DNA from: an uncultured Flavobacteriales bacterium
GTDB lineage: Bacteria; Bacteroidota; Bacteroidia; Flavobacteriales_D; CAYVSK01
DNA length: 60,588 nt
Direction of reading: 5' to 3'
Assembly: GCA_964489175.1 (NCBI GenBank)
Contig: CAZAYA010000001.1
Coordinates: 1-60,588 of the forward strand
Positions 44,127-55,201 of this stretch are shown in pieces. Numbering within the stretch: position 1 is the first letter of the stretch; each line of letters begins with the position of its first letter. The notes under the pieces are model-generated. The model ran no database searches and was not told the DNA's origin. It saw nothing but the letters and a program-made list of their open reading frames with translations. Position numbers and translations under genes: made by a program.

Positions 44127-47100
44127 TAACGAATAATGGTGATCGGACCAGTATAAGGTTCAACACGGTCGTCCTTCAGGTCGATGATGTAATAATACGT
44201 CCCTACCGGAACGGGCTCTCCATTGTAAGTTCCATCCCAGGGCTCCTCATAACCTTCGGAACGGAACAACAGCTCACCCCAGCGGTTGTAGACTTCCACC
44301 ACTGCTTCAGGGTACTGGTCGATGTAGCTGATGTTCCACACATCGTTCACACCGTCTCCGTTAGGTGTGAAACCATCCGGAAAGACCACCTCAGGCCTCA
44401 CATCTACTTCGATGGTATCGTATCCAACACATCCCTCGGAAGAGGTCACTTCCACAACATAATCATAGAGGCCAGCATCCTCCGGCTGGAGGGTAGGGTT
44501 AGCGATCGTTGTATCCCCCAACCACTGTTCAGGAGACCAATTATAAGAAGATCCGCTCGGACCGGTCGGGTCACCCCCCAGGGTCACTTCCTGTCCTACA
44601 AAGACATTGTCCAATTCCCCTGCATCGGCCGGCGGTGTCGGGTAAAGGGTCACGGTCACGCGGTCGGTATCGGAGCATATACTACGGGTAGCGACCATCA
44701 GGAGATCCGATGTGGTTTCGGGCGACACATCCACGGAATCCCCTGTTCCCAGGAGGTTCCCATCCTCATCATACCACTGCTGCCCGGTGCCTCCTGTTCC
44801 CCAAAGGGTGACCGGCACGTTCTGGGCACACAGGGCCGTATCCTTGAAAGCCTTAGCAACAACGCTAATAGCCGTATCTACAACGATGGTATCGCCATTA
44901 CTGCATCCTTCGTTATCCGTTACGGTCACTTCATAGGTCCCCGGATAAGTGTTGGTAATGTCCTCGATATTGGATGTAAATCCGTCCGGACCGGTCCAGT
45001 TATAAGTGTAAGGAGTCGTTCCACCGGAAACCGTTATCCCCATCCGGCCATCGTTCGTATTGGGACAGGTAGCATCCACTACTGTATCCACATTGATGTT
45101 GATCGGAGCAGGTTCATCCACCGTGGCCGTGGTGGTTGTCACACATCCATTGCCATCGGTCACGGTCACAGTATGAGCACCAGCACACAGGTTGGAATCA
45201 GCCGCATCGCTGGTGCCACTTCCGGACCACTGGATAGAATACGGCGCTGTACCCCCGATGAAGGAAGCCGTGGCCACCCCATCGCAGGTTCCGTTACAGC
45301 TTGCATCTGCCACAGTCGGGATGTTGAATTCAAGAGCTTTCGGCTCCGTAACGGTCACCCTGGCCTGTGCCTCACAACCTGTTCCGGTATTGGTCACTAC
45401 GACCGTATACTTACCAGCACAAAGGTCATCAGCAGTCGGTGTGGTGATCCCCGTGGAGGCCCCTGAAGCATCGAACCATTCATAGGCCAGGTTCATACCG
45501 GTAGCATTGGCCACTGCTTGTCCGTTGCAGGAGTCAGCACAACTCACATGGTTCGAAACAGAAGCGGTGACCTGTGGACCGGTAGCATCAGGGACCGTGT
45601 ATGTCAGGGTATCTGCACATCCTGCCGCAGTATCTGCTATCTCCACTGTATAGATCCCCGAGCAAAGACCTGTTATGGTATCTGTTCCGGCGATAGGTGC
45701 ACCAGAAGGATCATACCACTGGTATGTATTGTTACCGCTTCCGCCAGGGAAGAGGACGATCGCACCATCGCAGGATCCGCAATTCGAAGGCTGTACATAA
45801 GCACTGTCGCGAATCTGATCAAGTGCAGGGATATCCACCGTAGCCACCGCGATACAACCGGTATCATCTTCTACTTCCATGAAGTATTGGCCACTGCAGA
45901 GGCTATCCTGGGTACTGGTGGTATCTCCGTTGTGCAACCAGGAATAATGATAAGGAGTAACGCCACCGGAAACATTCACCGTGGCTGTTCCGCTGCAGTT
46001 AGAAGCACAGGACGCCGTGGTCATAACCGTATCGACGTTCGGGGCGCCGGTATTATCCAGGGTCACATTGACCTTATTGGTGCAACCGACTGCATCAGTC
46101 ACCGTGACCTCATGGGTACCGGCACAGACATTATTCACATCAGCTGTGTTATCCCCGGTCGTCCATTGGTAAGTGAGCGGTGGTGTTCCGCCCGAAGAGG
46201 AATCCAGGGAGATCTGCCCGTCACAGACATGGCAAGTAGCATCGGTCGTGCTGAAGTAGGCGCTTACCGGCGAGGGTGCATCAATGGTATCCGTGCGGGA
46301 CACCGAACACCCAATGCTGTCCGTGATGGTGACCGTATAGATCCCTCCACCAACGTTCGTCAAATCCTGCGTAATAGCTCCGCCCGGGTTCCAGGCATAG
46401 TTGACCGGACCGGAAGCACCGCTCACAGAGATGAACATGCCACCGTCCGTGGTATAATCACAACTGGGCTGGCGAAGGCTATCCAGGGTAATGGTGGGTT
46501 CATTGATCGCATCCACCGTTACGCTGATCAGGCGGGTACAGCTGCTGTCATCCGTGATCCGGCAGAAATAATCCCCGGCCTCGAGCGAATCGGCTGCAGC
46601 AGTGTTCTGGCCGATCGGATTCATAAAGTTATCCAGCCACTGATAAGTATATCCTCCATGCCCCCCGGTCACATTGGAAACAGAAGCTGTTCCATCACCA
46701 AATCCACAATTGCTGGGAGTGGTAGAGGAATCCGCTGTTATCATGGCAGGTTGCGTCACAAGCGTATCATTGACAACCTGACATCCACTGGAATCCGTGA
46801 TCGTAACGGTATACTGGCCAGCACATAAACCGGTAACCGTATCGTTATCACCGCCAATGACAGCGCCGGTAGTGTCTGTCCACTGATAAGTATACCCTAC
46901 CGTACCGGGGGTTCCACCGACAGCATTAACGGAAACTTCCCCGGTACAATCACCATTGCAGGTGTTGTTCACAGGCGGGTTCATATTCGCTGCAAGTACC
47001 GAAGGCTCATTAATAGCAAAGGGAAGCTGTCCCGTCACGCAACCATTCGTATCAGCTACCTGGACGTTGTAATTCCCGGCGGATAGATCGCTGATGACAG

Positions 47101-50100
47101 AATCGGTTTCACCCGGTATCGCCGATCCTCCTCCGGTATACCACTGGTAGGAATAGCCCGGCGTTCCTCCGGTGGGTGCTACCGAAGCAGTACCGTTCGT
47201 GTCACCGTTGCAGAGAAGGTCCTCGGTTGTCAGGTTCGGATCGATAGCAGCCGGTTCAGGAATGTTCACCCCGGCCGTTGTGGTACAGCCGTTGGTATCC
47301 GTTACGGTAACATCCCAAACCCCTTGCGGCAGGCTATCAGCCGTAGCCGTAACCTGACTCTCGGGATCATTCCAGGAATACGTATAGGGAGAAGCCCCAC
47401 CGGAAACGTAGGGCCTGGCTTCACCGGTACTATCACCGTTACAAGCCACCGGTATCGTGCTGAAGGAATCGACCGCTAATACGTTCGGCTGGGTAATGGT
47501 ATAACTATAGGTCGTATCGCAGCCGGTCCCGTTGTCGGTGATCACGACCGAATAAGTATCGGGGGTGAGACCGCTCACAGTGGCTGTGTTACCGATCCCG
47601 CTCCCGGAACCATCGGTCCAGCTATAACCATAAGGACCAGTACCGCCGGAAGGAGCCACAGTGATCTCACCATCTCCGTCCCCATTACAGGTCACATGGG
47701 TGATATCGGGATTAGCTCGTATCGTATCTCCGTCGAGTACGGTAACCGGTTCGATAGCCGTACAGCCGGAAGCATTGGTCACATGAGCAAAATAATCCCC
47801 GGCGGCCAGGTTGTTGACCGTCGTATTACCAGTATTGATGGTATCTCCACTGGATGCTTCTGTCCACAGTATCGTACAGGGAGTATCCCCGCAAACGAAA
47901 TTGGCGGTCACGGAACCATCAGCTCCTCCGGAACAGGTCACATTGGTGCTGTCGGTCGAAACATCTTCCGCTCCCTGATCGGAAACATTGGCATTGAAGT
48001 TCTCGCTACATCCATTGGCATCGGTCACCGTTACGGTATAAACGCCAGAGCAGATATTAGTGGCCATCTGGGTGCTTTGTGCAGGGGTCGTATTCCAACT
48101 ATAAGAAAAGCCCCCAACCCCTCCGGAGGGATTCACCGAGGCACTTCCATTGCAATTGCCACAGGTAGCATTGTTGGTAGAAGTAGTAGCGGTGATCGGC
48201 GTGCCCTGACCGAGCGTATAAGCCGTTGTATCCGTACAACCGGCGGTATCCGTTACTTCAAGCGCATAGTCACCGGGACAAATGCTGTCGATCATGGCAT
48301 TGGTGGCACCGGGAATGGCACTTCCAGTGGAATCTATCCATTGGTAACCGTACGCAGAACCATTCCCCCCGCTCACAGAAGCAGTGGCTTGTCCATCGCA
48401 AATACCATAACAACCGGGGTTACCTGTAATGTTGGTGGAGATAGGCGTCGGCTCTCCGATACTGTCCGTCAGAGTAGTATCACACCCGTTGGCATCAGTG
48501 ATAACGACCGTATAAGTTCCGGCTTGTTCGGTGATGGAAGCATTCGTGGAAACAGGATTTCCTCCACTGTCCGTCCACTGATATGAGTACGGAGATACCC
48601 CTCCTGAAACGGCAGAAGAGATCTGACCGTCACTTCCTCCATTGCAGGTCACGTCGGAAGCGGTAAGAGACGCATCGATGGCTCCCGGCTCGGTAATATC
48701 CACAGTATTGGTGGTCACACACCCATTTGCATCGGTCACTTCGATGGTATAAGTATCGGCACTAACACCGGACAGGGTATCGTCCGTAGCGCCTGCGATG
48801 GGGTTTCCACCACTGGTATACCACTGATAAGCATAAGAAGGCGTTCCTCCTGAAGCACTCACCTCAGCGCTACCATCGCTGCTCCCGTTACAGGAAACGA
48901 AGTTGACCACGCTGGTGGGAGCCGCAAGCACACCAGGCTGCGTAATGGTAACACAAGGAGAGTTCGCCACACAGCCGTTGGTATCGGTCACTTCTACGTA
49001 ATAGCTACCAGCATCCAGGTTGGTGGCTTGCTGTGTGGTCTGTCCAATAGGGGTTGCCGTAGCACAATCGAACCAACGGTAAGTATAACTGGGAATATCA
49101 CCCGATCCTCCTGCCGGGAATACGGTCGCCGTTCCGTTGGCATTGCCGTTGCAATCGATCATCGTGCTGTCAAGATCGGTCACATCCAGCACGGGAGGTT
49201 CCTGAATGTTGATCGAAACGGTCGTGTCACAATTGACGCTGTCCGTCACCGTCAGGTCATAATTCCCCGCACAAAGGTTACTCGCCGTACTGGCTTTGGA
49301 AACGGTATCCCCGCTGGCTACTTCGATCCAGGCATGGCTATAATCCCCGTTCCCTCCTGTGGGTGCAGCCTGAGCCTGACCATCACATCCACCATTACAA
49401 CTAACATGCTGCGAAATGGTGACATTCGGATCGATCGGATCAGGCTCGGAAACGACCACGGAATCGAAGGCGGAACAGCCAGCACTATTCTGAACCTCCA
49501 CATAATACAGGCCTGCAGCCAATCCGGTAATGGTATCATTGCTCACGCCAAGAGAAGAACCTGAGTCATCGAACCAATCAACGGTACAGGGAGGGTTAGA
49601 ACACCCTCCATTGATCACCACATAGCCAGCTCCATCCGCAGCTCCATTACAGGAAGTACTGGCACTGGAGGAAGCAATATCCTCCCGGCCTTGTTCACTG
49701 ACCGGCACGGAGAAGGTCTCCACACAACCAAGGTCATCCGTGACCTCCAGGTTGTAGATACCGGCACAGAGGTCGCTGATGCTGTCGGTCCCTTGGCCGG
49801 TCACTCCACCAGGCGTCCAGTTATAGCTATAGGGAGGAACGCCATTATTGACATTGGATTTGACGGTTCCGTCGCAATTGCCACAAGTAGCAAACGTCTT
49901 GCTAAACGTAGCTGTCATCGCTACCGGCTGGGTCAAAGTGACCGTATCCGATGCACTCATACATCCATTGTCGTCCGTTACCTCCACCACATAGCGGCTA
50001 TCACAAAGGTCTTCTGCTACAGCAGAGTCCTGTTGAGGAGAGATGGGGTTGCCGGTATTGGCATCATACCAAGCATAGGTGTAATCGCCAGCCACAACTC

Positions 50101-53100
50101 CGCCTGTAACGCTCATTTCGATCTTCCCGTCGCAGGAATCATTACAGGCCGGATCGATAGCATTATCGACCGTAATATTGAGGGGAGCCGGCTGGACGAC
50201 CTCCACACTGACCGTTGTGTCACAGCCGTTATCATCGGCGACCACCACATCATAAGTTCCTGCACAAAGGCTTTTCGCCGTATCATTGGTCTGGTTGAGC
50301 GGGTCGTTCCAAGTATAGCTGAACGGAGCAGTAGCACCGCTGTCGACAGTAACTGAAGCCTGACCATCGCAATTCCCGTTACAGGTGACATCCATGGAAT
50401 CTGTACTTACAAAGAACCGGCGAGGCTCATCGATGGTCACGTTCAAAGAAGTATCACAACTGTTAGCATCGTTGACAGTAACCGTCCACGTTCCGGGAGG
50501 AAGGTTCAGGGCCGTGGAAGAATCCTGGGAGGAAGGGTCATTCCAAGAGTAGGAATAGGCCGGCGTCCCACCATTCACGGAAACAGTGGCGGAACCATTG
50601 ACCTCCCCATTACAAAGCACATCCTGGGAATTGCTGATCGAAGCGTTCATTTGAGAAGGCTCCGACAGGTTGAAATTCCTGACGATGGTACAGGCACTAT
50701 CATCCTGGATCTGGACGGAATAACTCCCATTCGGGAAACCGATCAGAGAGTCGCTGGTTTCTCCAGCAATGGGATTACCCCCACCATCATACCATTGGTA
50801 AGTATAGCTCCCCGAGACAGACCCTCCACTGGCATCCACCCAGGCAACGCCAGAAGAATCCCCGTAACAGGCAATGTTGATACTTCCTTTCGTAGCGGTA
50901 AGTTCGGTGGGCTGGGTAACAGTAACGGAAGTGTCTTTGGAACAACCATTGGCATCGGTCACGGTCACATCATAAGTACCAGCTGACAGGCCAGTAGCCG
51001 TGGAATCCGTCTGATTCCCGGTAGCTCCATCCCATTGGTAAGAATAGGGAGGCGTTCCTCCGGTAGGGGTCACGGTCGCTTCACCACTGTTGTCATTGAA
51101 ACAGGTGAGCGCCGTGCTATCCGTTCCAAGGGTTAATTCGGCAGGAGCACTGATGGTCACATATTCCGGAAGAGAAGAACAAAGGTTCGTGTCCCGTACC
51201 CGCATGGCATAAGTTCCGGGGCAAAGGCCACCCACGTCCGGAATGGAAGCCACCGTATCCCCGGTAGCGGAATTGATCCAATAATATTCATAAGGACCAT
51301 CCCCTCCTTTCACAGAATCCGTAAGGGCCATGCCATCACAGGCACCATTACAGGAGATATCCGATTTGGAGACATAAGGGGTAACGGTAACCGTATTGGC
51401 CACAGAAACCGTATCGGTAAAGGCATTACAGCCATTGTCATCGGTCACTTCCGCATAATAATCCCCAGAACAGAGGCTATCCGGGTCCTCCATGGTAAAG
51501 GAGATCGGATTCCCGTTCGTGGCATCATACCACTGATAAGAGTAGGGAGTGGTCCCTCCTGTAGCTGTAATGAAAGCTTCCCCGTCACAAATCCCTCCAC
51601 AACTGGATTCATGGGCAGAATCAACGGTGAGGTTCACGACGGTCGGAGCATTAAGGGTGAAACTCTGGGAATTGCTACAACCACTGGAATCTACTACTTC
51701 CACGGAATAATTGCCATCACAATAGCCATTGACCGTAGCATTGGTATCGTTGGCAATAGGGTTTCCTCCTCCGTCGTACCATTGATAAGAATACGGCGTT
51801 GTTCCACCACTCACATTCGTTGTAGCAGAACCATCACACTGGCCGGAACAGCTCGGATCGGTCGGGTTGACGGACAGGGTGAGCGTGTTCGGTTCATCGA
51901 TGGTATAGACGATGGTGGAGTCGCATGCCTTGGAATCGGTAATGGTTACGGAATCCACACCTCCACACAAGTTGCTGACACTTGTTCCCGAACCAGCTCC
52001 ATACCAATTATAATTATAGCCGGGAGTTCCTCCATTTACAGAAAGGCTGGCCGTTCCGTCACAATTCCCGTTACAGGAAACGCCAGTAGTCGCAAGAGAA
52101 GGGTCGAGGACAGGCGGTTCCGATACCTCGATGCTGTCCGGCCCTTGCTGGCAGCCATTGTCATCGATAACGGTGATCGCATAGGTATCCGCACAAAGCG
52201 AAGAAGCCGTATCAGTGGATTGGGATAGCGTATCACCGGAGCTTCTGATCCAAATGTAATTGTAAGGGGTTGTTCCTCCAGAAACCTCAGCAATGGCCAT
52301 TCCATCACAATCACCTCCACAACTGGCATTCACGGTATCTCTGTCAACCGTAAGTACGGCCGGTTCGGTGATGGTAACGGTATTGGAAGTTTCGGTACAG
52401 TTGTTATCATCCGTCACTTCCACGTAGTAATCACCAGGGTCCAAGCCACTCTCGGTTTGTCCTGTTCCAAGAGGATTTCCCCCACTATCGAACCATTGGT
52501 AACTATAGGGCGAAGTTCCCCCACCTGGATTGGCCGTAATGGAACCATCACTCATTCCTCCACAACTCACATGGGTCAGGTCAAGAGAAACAGTAAGGTC
52601 ATTGGGCTGTGCGATGGTGACCGTATCAGCATTGAGGGTACACCCGTTATTATCGGTGATGGTGGGGTAATAATCACCAGGGCAAAGGTTATTCGCATTG
52701 GTGCCAGTCTGTCCGATCGGATTTCCGGAAGAAGCATCCATCCAATCGACTGAATACGGAGTGGTCCCTCCGTTGATGGTCACCGAAGCGGTACCATCGC
52801 AGGCAGAGAAACAGGTCACATCGGTTTTAGAAGTGGTAGCGGTCAGTTGAGGCGGTTCGGCAATATTCTGAAGGCTGGTGGTATCATCGCAACCATTGGC
52901 ATCGGTCACGATCCCATAGTAATCACCAGCACACAAGCTATCCGCCGTGGTATTGTCCTGATCACCGATCAGGGTGTCGGCCGGGGCATGGTACCAATCG
53001 ATCTGGTAAGGAGTAACGCCACCGTTGATAACCACGGATACTTCCCCATCACATTCACCAAAACAGGTTACATCACTTCCGCTGATGGAAGTAGTAAGTT

Positions 53101-55201
53101 CCGGCGGTTCGTCCACCGTAACAGTATCGGAAAGGGTATCACAAGCATTGGCATCGGTCACCTGCACGTAGTAGTCACCTCCACTCAAACCGTTAAGATT
53201 AGGGGAATTCCCTCCTACCGGGTTCCCGGAGCCATCGAACCATTGGTAGGAATAGCCCGGTGTTCCCCCGTTCACATTGACCGATACGGTCCCGTTCATC
53301 TCCCCGAAACACTGGATGTTGGTAGCAGAAGCATCAGCCGTCAAAAGAGGCGGCTCGGAAATGGTCACCGTGGTGGAGGTTTCCATACACCCGTTGGCAT
53401 CGGTCACCTGCACATTGTAATCACCGGGGCATAGCCCTGTGACCGTATCGTTATCCTGCTGCGGAGAAATAGGATTCCCTGTTCCCACGTCCATCCAGGC
53501 GTAAGAATAAGGGGGTGTTCCATTGGAGACCGACACGGAGATGCTACCGATGCAATCTCCATTACAAAGTAGGTTCTGCATACCGGAGGTATCCACATCG
53601 ATCTGGGCCGGTTCCTGAATGGTGAAATTGAGGGTGGTGGTACAACTATCCGCATCGTAAACGGTCACGCTGTAATTTCCTCCACACAAGCCCCCGATAG
53701 AATCGGTCTTGGCTCCGGTCGACCAATCGAAATAGAAAGGCGCTCCAGCACCCCCGGAGGGACTTACTTTGGCATGGCCATCGCAGTCCCCGAAACAATC
53801 TACATCTTCTTTGGTCAGCCCCACATTAATGGGAGGAGGGTCGGTCAGGTTCACCGTATCCCGCAATTCACAACCATTATCATCGGTCACCCGGAGTTGA
53901 TGGTCACCAGCACAGATCGAATCGATCTTGCTGGAAGTGTCCCCATTCTGCCAAGAATAGTTGTAGGGAGTAACCCCACCCGTAGGAAGATAATCGATCG
54001 AACCATCACACCCTCCCGGGCAAGTGGGTTCGGTCTTACTGGTAGCAAAAGGTTTCAACCTTTCAGGCACTTCCAGGTCGATATCCGCATCACAAAACCG
54101 CCCCGTTCCGTTATGGGTCACCCGCACTTCGATCTGGGCCTGGTTACACACCTCGGTCACAAGGGAATCTTCTTTGGTGAATGCCCCGGTGATCCCCCAG
54201 TCATAGGTAAAATCATAAGTGCCACTATAGCTCCCCCCGGATCCATCCGTGATCACAGCCATGAACTTCCCATCACAGGTATCCGAACAGGAAAGGTGAA
54301 ACCCATTCTTTGCGGCAGTATCCAGCGGAACGATCTCCACGCTCCAGGGTCCGGAAACCGGGAAACAATTCGCGCGGTAGGTCACATCTCCATCCTTCGT
54401 CCCTTTCTCTCCGACCTTTCCTTTTGAAATGTTCTTGTTGAAGACCAATTCCGCCGCTTTCCCATCGTAATCGATGTTGCTGGCCCGGTCCAGGTCCCAT
54501 TCGCGGTCTACGAACACTTTGGAATCTTCCAGGAACAACCCCTTTGCCTTGTTCCCCGTAGCTATCAAACGACCGGCAGACAGGTCATGTCCCCGGGTTT
54601 CCAAAACTCCCTCCGCGAGTTCAAAGGTCTTGTGCGCCGAGACCCTCAGTGGGGCCTCCAATTGCCACTTCCCTTCTCCTTCGAAACGAACATCCCCATC
54701 GATCAAAATGCCTGAAGTGTTCAATACCGTTTTCCGGGAACCAGAAGCGAACACAAGCTCACCGGCATCGTTCAACTGGCAGTTGGCCAGCCGTCCAAAG
54801 TGAAGGTCGCCATGAACAAAGAAAGAAGTGGAGTTGTCTCCCTTGAGGGAAATGTTCTCCCAGCTGATGTCCCGGAAATCGATGTCCCGGCAATGGACCT
54901 CACCGGAAAGAAATATGGACCGGGCGTCAGCGGAAAAGGAATGTTCATCAAAAGCAACGTCATCACTTGAAGTAGGAACCCCTGCCCCACCAGGACCACC
55001 ACTGTGGGAGGCCCAGTTCCGGGCATCATTCCAGTTCCCTGTACCCCCTACCCAGTACAGGTCCTGGGCTAACAAGAGCTGCGGCACCAGGAACAGAACA
55101 AAAAAACCGAAAAGTGTTGTCAGTGACCTCAAGATCCGGGTATTACAAGACTTTTGAGCAGTTCCTGCCTTACGAACTTGCCGGGGAAATGTTTCGTTCA
55201 T
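44126..55201 (-). CDS. Giant (3691-aa) SprB-repeat cell-surface adhesin with T9SS type B (gliding motility-associated) C-terminal domain
   Basis: N-terminal signal/anchor (LTTLFGFFVLFLVPQLLLAQD). The head contains LYWVGGTGNWNDARNW. About 38 modules of type C.G.CDG......GG..PY.Y.W........L..G.Y.V.VTD.NGC. C-terminal FPDGFTPNGDGVNDVWNISYIDQYPEAVVEVYNRWGELLFRSEGYEEPWDGTYNGEPVPVGTYYYIIDL. Confidence 0.95.
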   Translation of the reverse strand: MNETFPRQVRKAGTAQKSCNTRILRSLTTLFGFFVLFLVPQLLLAQDLYWVGGTGNWNDARNWASHSGGPGGAGVPTSSDDVAFDEHSFSADARSIFLSGEVHCRDIDFRDISWENISLKGDNSTSFFVHGDLHFGRLANCQLNDAGELVFASGSRKTVLNTSGILIDGDVRFEGEGKWQLEAPLRVSAHKTFELAEGVLETRGHDLSAGRLIATGNKAKGLFLEDSKVFVDREWDLDRASNIDYDGKAAELVFNKNISKGKVGEKGTKDGDVTYRANCFPVSGPWSVEIVPLDTAAKNGFHLSCSDTCDGKFMAVITDGSGGSYSGTYDFTYDWGITGAFTKEDSLVTEVCNQAQIEVRVTHNGTGRFCDADIDLEVPERLKPFATSKTEPTCPGGCDGSIDYLPTGGVTPYNYSWQNGDTSSKIDSICAGDHQLRVTDDNGCELRDTVNLTDPPPINVGLTKEDVDCFGDCDGHAKVSPSGGAGAPFYFDWSTGAKTDSIGGLCGGNYSVTVYDADSCTTTLNFTIQEPAQIDVDTSGMQNLLCNGDCIGSISVSVSNGTPPYSYAWMDVGTGNPISPQQDNDTVTGLCPGDYNVQVTDANGCMETSTTVTISEPPLLTADASATNIQCFGEMNGTVSVNVNGGTPGYSYQWFDGSGNPVGGNSPNLNGLSGGDYYVQVTDANACDTLSDTVTVDEPPELTTSISGSDVTCFGECDGEVSVVINGGVTPYQIDWYHAPADTLIGDQDNTTADSLCAGDYYGIVTDANGCDDTTSLQNIAEPPQLTATTSKTDVTCFSACDGTASVTINGGTTPYSVDWMDASSGNPIGQTGTNANNLCPGDYYPTITDNNGCTLNADTVTIAQPNDLTVSLDLTHVSCGGMSDGSITANPGGGTSPYSYQWFDSGGNPLGTGQTESGLDPGDYYVEVTDDNNCTETSNTVTITEPAVLTVDRDTVNASCGGDCDGMAIAEVSGGTTPYNYIWIRSSGDTLSQSTDTASSLCADTYAITVIDDNGCQQGPDSIEVSEPPVLDPSLATTGVSCNGNCDGTASLSVNGGTPGYNYNWYGAGSGTSVSNLCGGVDSVTITDSKACDSTIVYTIDEPNTLTLSVNPTDPSCSGQCDGSATTNVSGGTTPYSYQWYDGGGNPIANDTNATVNGYCDGNYSVEVVDSSGCSNSQSFTLNAPTVVNLTVDSAHESSCGGICDGEAFITATGGTTPYSYQWYDATNGNPISFTMEDPDSLCSGDYYAEVTDDNGCNAFTDTVSVANTVTVTPYVSKSDISCNGACDGMALTDSVKGGDGPYEYYWINSATGDTVASIPDVGGLCPGTYAMRVRDTNLCSSLPEYVTISAPAELTLGTDSTALTCFNDNSGEATVTPTGGTPPYSYQWDGATGNQTDSTATGLSAGTYDVTVTDANGCSKDTSVTVTQPTELTATKGSINIACYGDSSGVAWVDASGGSVSGSYTYQWYDGGGNPIAGETSDSLIGFPNGSYSVQIQDDSACTIVRNFNLSEPSQMNASISNSQDVLCNGEVNGSATVSVNGGTPAYSYSWNDPSSQDSSTALNLPPGTWTVTVNDANSCDTSLNVTIDEPRRFFVSTDSMDVTCNGNCDGQASVTVDSGATAPFSYTWNDPLNQTNDTAKSLCAGTYDVVVADDNGCDTTVSVEVVQPAPLNITVDNAIDPACNDSCDGKIEMSVTGGVVAGDYTYAWYDANTGNPISPQQDSAVAEDLCDSRYVVEVTDDNGCMSASDTVTLTQPVAMTATFSKTFATCGNCDGTVKSNVNNGVPPYSYNWTPGGVTGQGTDSISDLCAGIYNLEVTDDLGCVETFSVPVSEQGREDIASSSASTSCNGAADGAGYVVINGGCSNPPCTVDWFDDSGSSLGVSNDTITGLAAGLYYVEVQNSAGCSAFDSVVVSEPDPIDPNVTISQHVSCNGGCDGQAQAAPTGGNGDYSHAWIEVASGDTVSKASTASNLCAGNYDLTVTDSVNCDTTVSINIQEPPVLDVTDLDSTMIDCNGNANGTATVFPAGGSGDIPSYTYRWFDCATATPIGQTTQQATNLDAGSYYVEVTDTNGCVANSPCVTITQPGVLAAPTSVVNFVSCNGSSDGSAEVSASGGTPSYAYQWYTSGGNPIAGATDDTLSGVSADTYTIEVTDANGCVTTNTVDITEPGAIDASLTASDVTCNGGSDGQISSAVSGGVSPYSYQWTDSGGNPVSTNASITEQAGTYTVVITDANGCDTTLTDSIGEPTPISTNITGNPGCYGICDGQATASVSGGNGSAYGYQWIDSTGSAIPGATNAMIDSICPGDYALEVTDTAGCTDTTAYTLGQGTPITATTSTNNATCGNCNGSASVNPSGGVGGFSYSWNTTPAQSTQMATNICSGVYTVTVTDANGCSENFNANVSDQGAEDVSTDSTNVTCSGGADGSVTANFVCGDTPCTILWTEASSGDTINTGNTTVNNLAAGDYFAHVTNASGCTAIEPVTVLDGDTIRANPDITHVTCNGDGDGEITVAPSGGTGPYGYSWTDGSGSGIGNTATVSGLTPDTYSVVITDNGTGCDTTYSYTITQPNVLAVDSFSTIPVACNGDSTGEARPYVSGGASPYTYSWNDPESQVTATADSLPQGVWDVTVTDTNGCTTTAGVNIPEPAAIDPNLTTEDLLCNGDTNGTASVAPTGGTPGYSYQWYTGGGSAIPGETDSVISDLSAGNYNVQVADTNGCVTGQLPFAINEPSVLAANMNPPVNNTCNGDCTGEVSVNAVGGTPGTVGYTYQWTDTTGAVIGGDNDTVTGLCAGQYTVTITDSSGCQVVNDTLVTQPAMITADSSTTPSNCGFGDGTASVSNVTGGHGGYTYQWLDNFMNPIGQNTAAADSLEAGDYFCRITDDSSCTRLISVTVDAINEPTITLDSLRQPSCDYTTDGGMFISVSGASGPVNYAWNPGGAITQDLTNVGGGIYTVTITDSIGCSVSRTDTIDAPSPVSAYFSTTDATCHVCDGQISLDSSSGGTPPLTYQWTTGDNTADVNNVCAGTHEVTVTDAVGCTNKVNVTLDNTGAPNVDTVMTTASCASNCSGTATVNVSGGVTPYHYSWLHNGDTTSTQDSLCSGQYFMEVEDDTGCIAVATVDIPALDQIRDSAYVQPSNCGSCDGAIVLFPGGSGNNTYQWYDPSGAPIAGTDTITGLCSGIYTVEIADTAAGCADTLTYTVPDATGPQVTASVSNHVSCADSCNGQAVANATGMNLAYEWFDASGASTGITTPTADDLCAGKYTVVVTNTGTGCEAQARVTVTEPKALEFNIPTVADASCNGTCDGVATASFIGGTAPYSIQWSGSGTSDAADSNLCAGAHTVTVTDGNGCVTTTTATVDEPAPININVDTVVDATCPNTNDGRMGITVSGGTTPYTYNWTGPDGFTSNIEDITNTYPGTYEVTVTDNEGCSNGDTIVVDTAISVVAKAFKDTALCAQNVPVTLWGTGGTGQQWYDEDGNLLGTGDSVDVSPETTSDLLMVATRSICSDTDRVTVTLYPTPPADAGELDNVFVGQEVTLGGDPTGPSGSSYNWSPEQWLGDTTIANPTLQPEDAGLYDYVVEVTSSEGCVGYDTIEVDVRPEVVFPDGFTPNGDGVNDVWNISYIDQYPEAVVEVYNRWGELLFRSEGYEEPWDGTYNGEPVPVGTYYYIIDLKDDRVEPYTGPITIIR

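Noticed and set aside
44117-54803. Chain of long plus-strand ORFs (449, 436, 296, 221, 217, 205 aa and others) opposite the giant adhesin gene
   Set aside because: They are fragmented, low-complexity (Gly/Ile/Arg/Ser/Thr-rich) and have no domains. The 3691-codon minus-strand frame is uninterrupted and fully domain-annotatable. The repeats' codon bias suppresses antisense stops.
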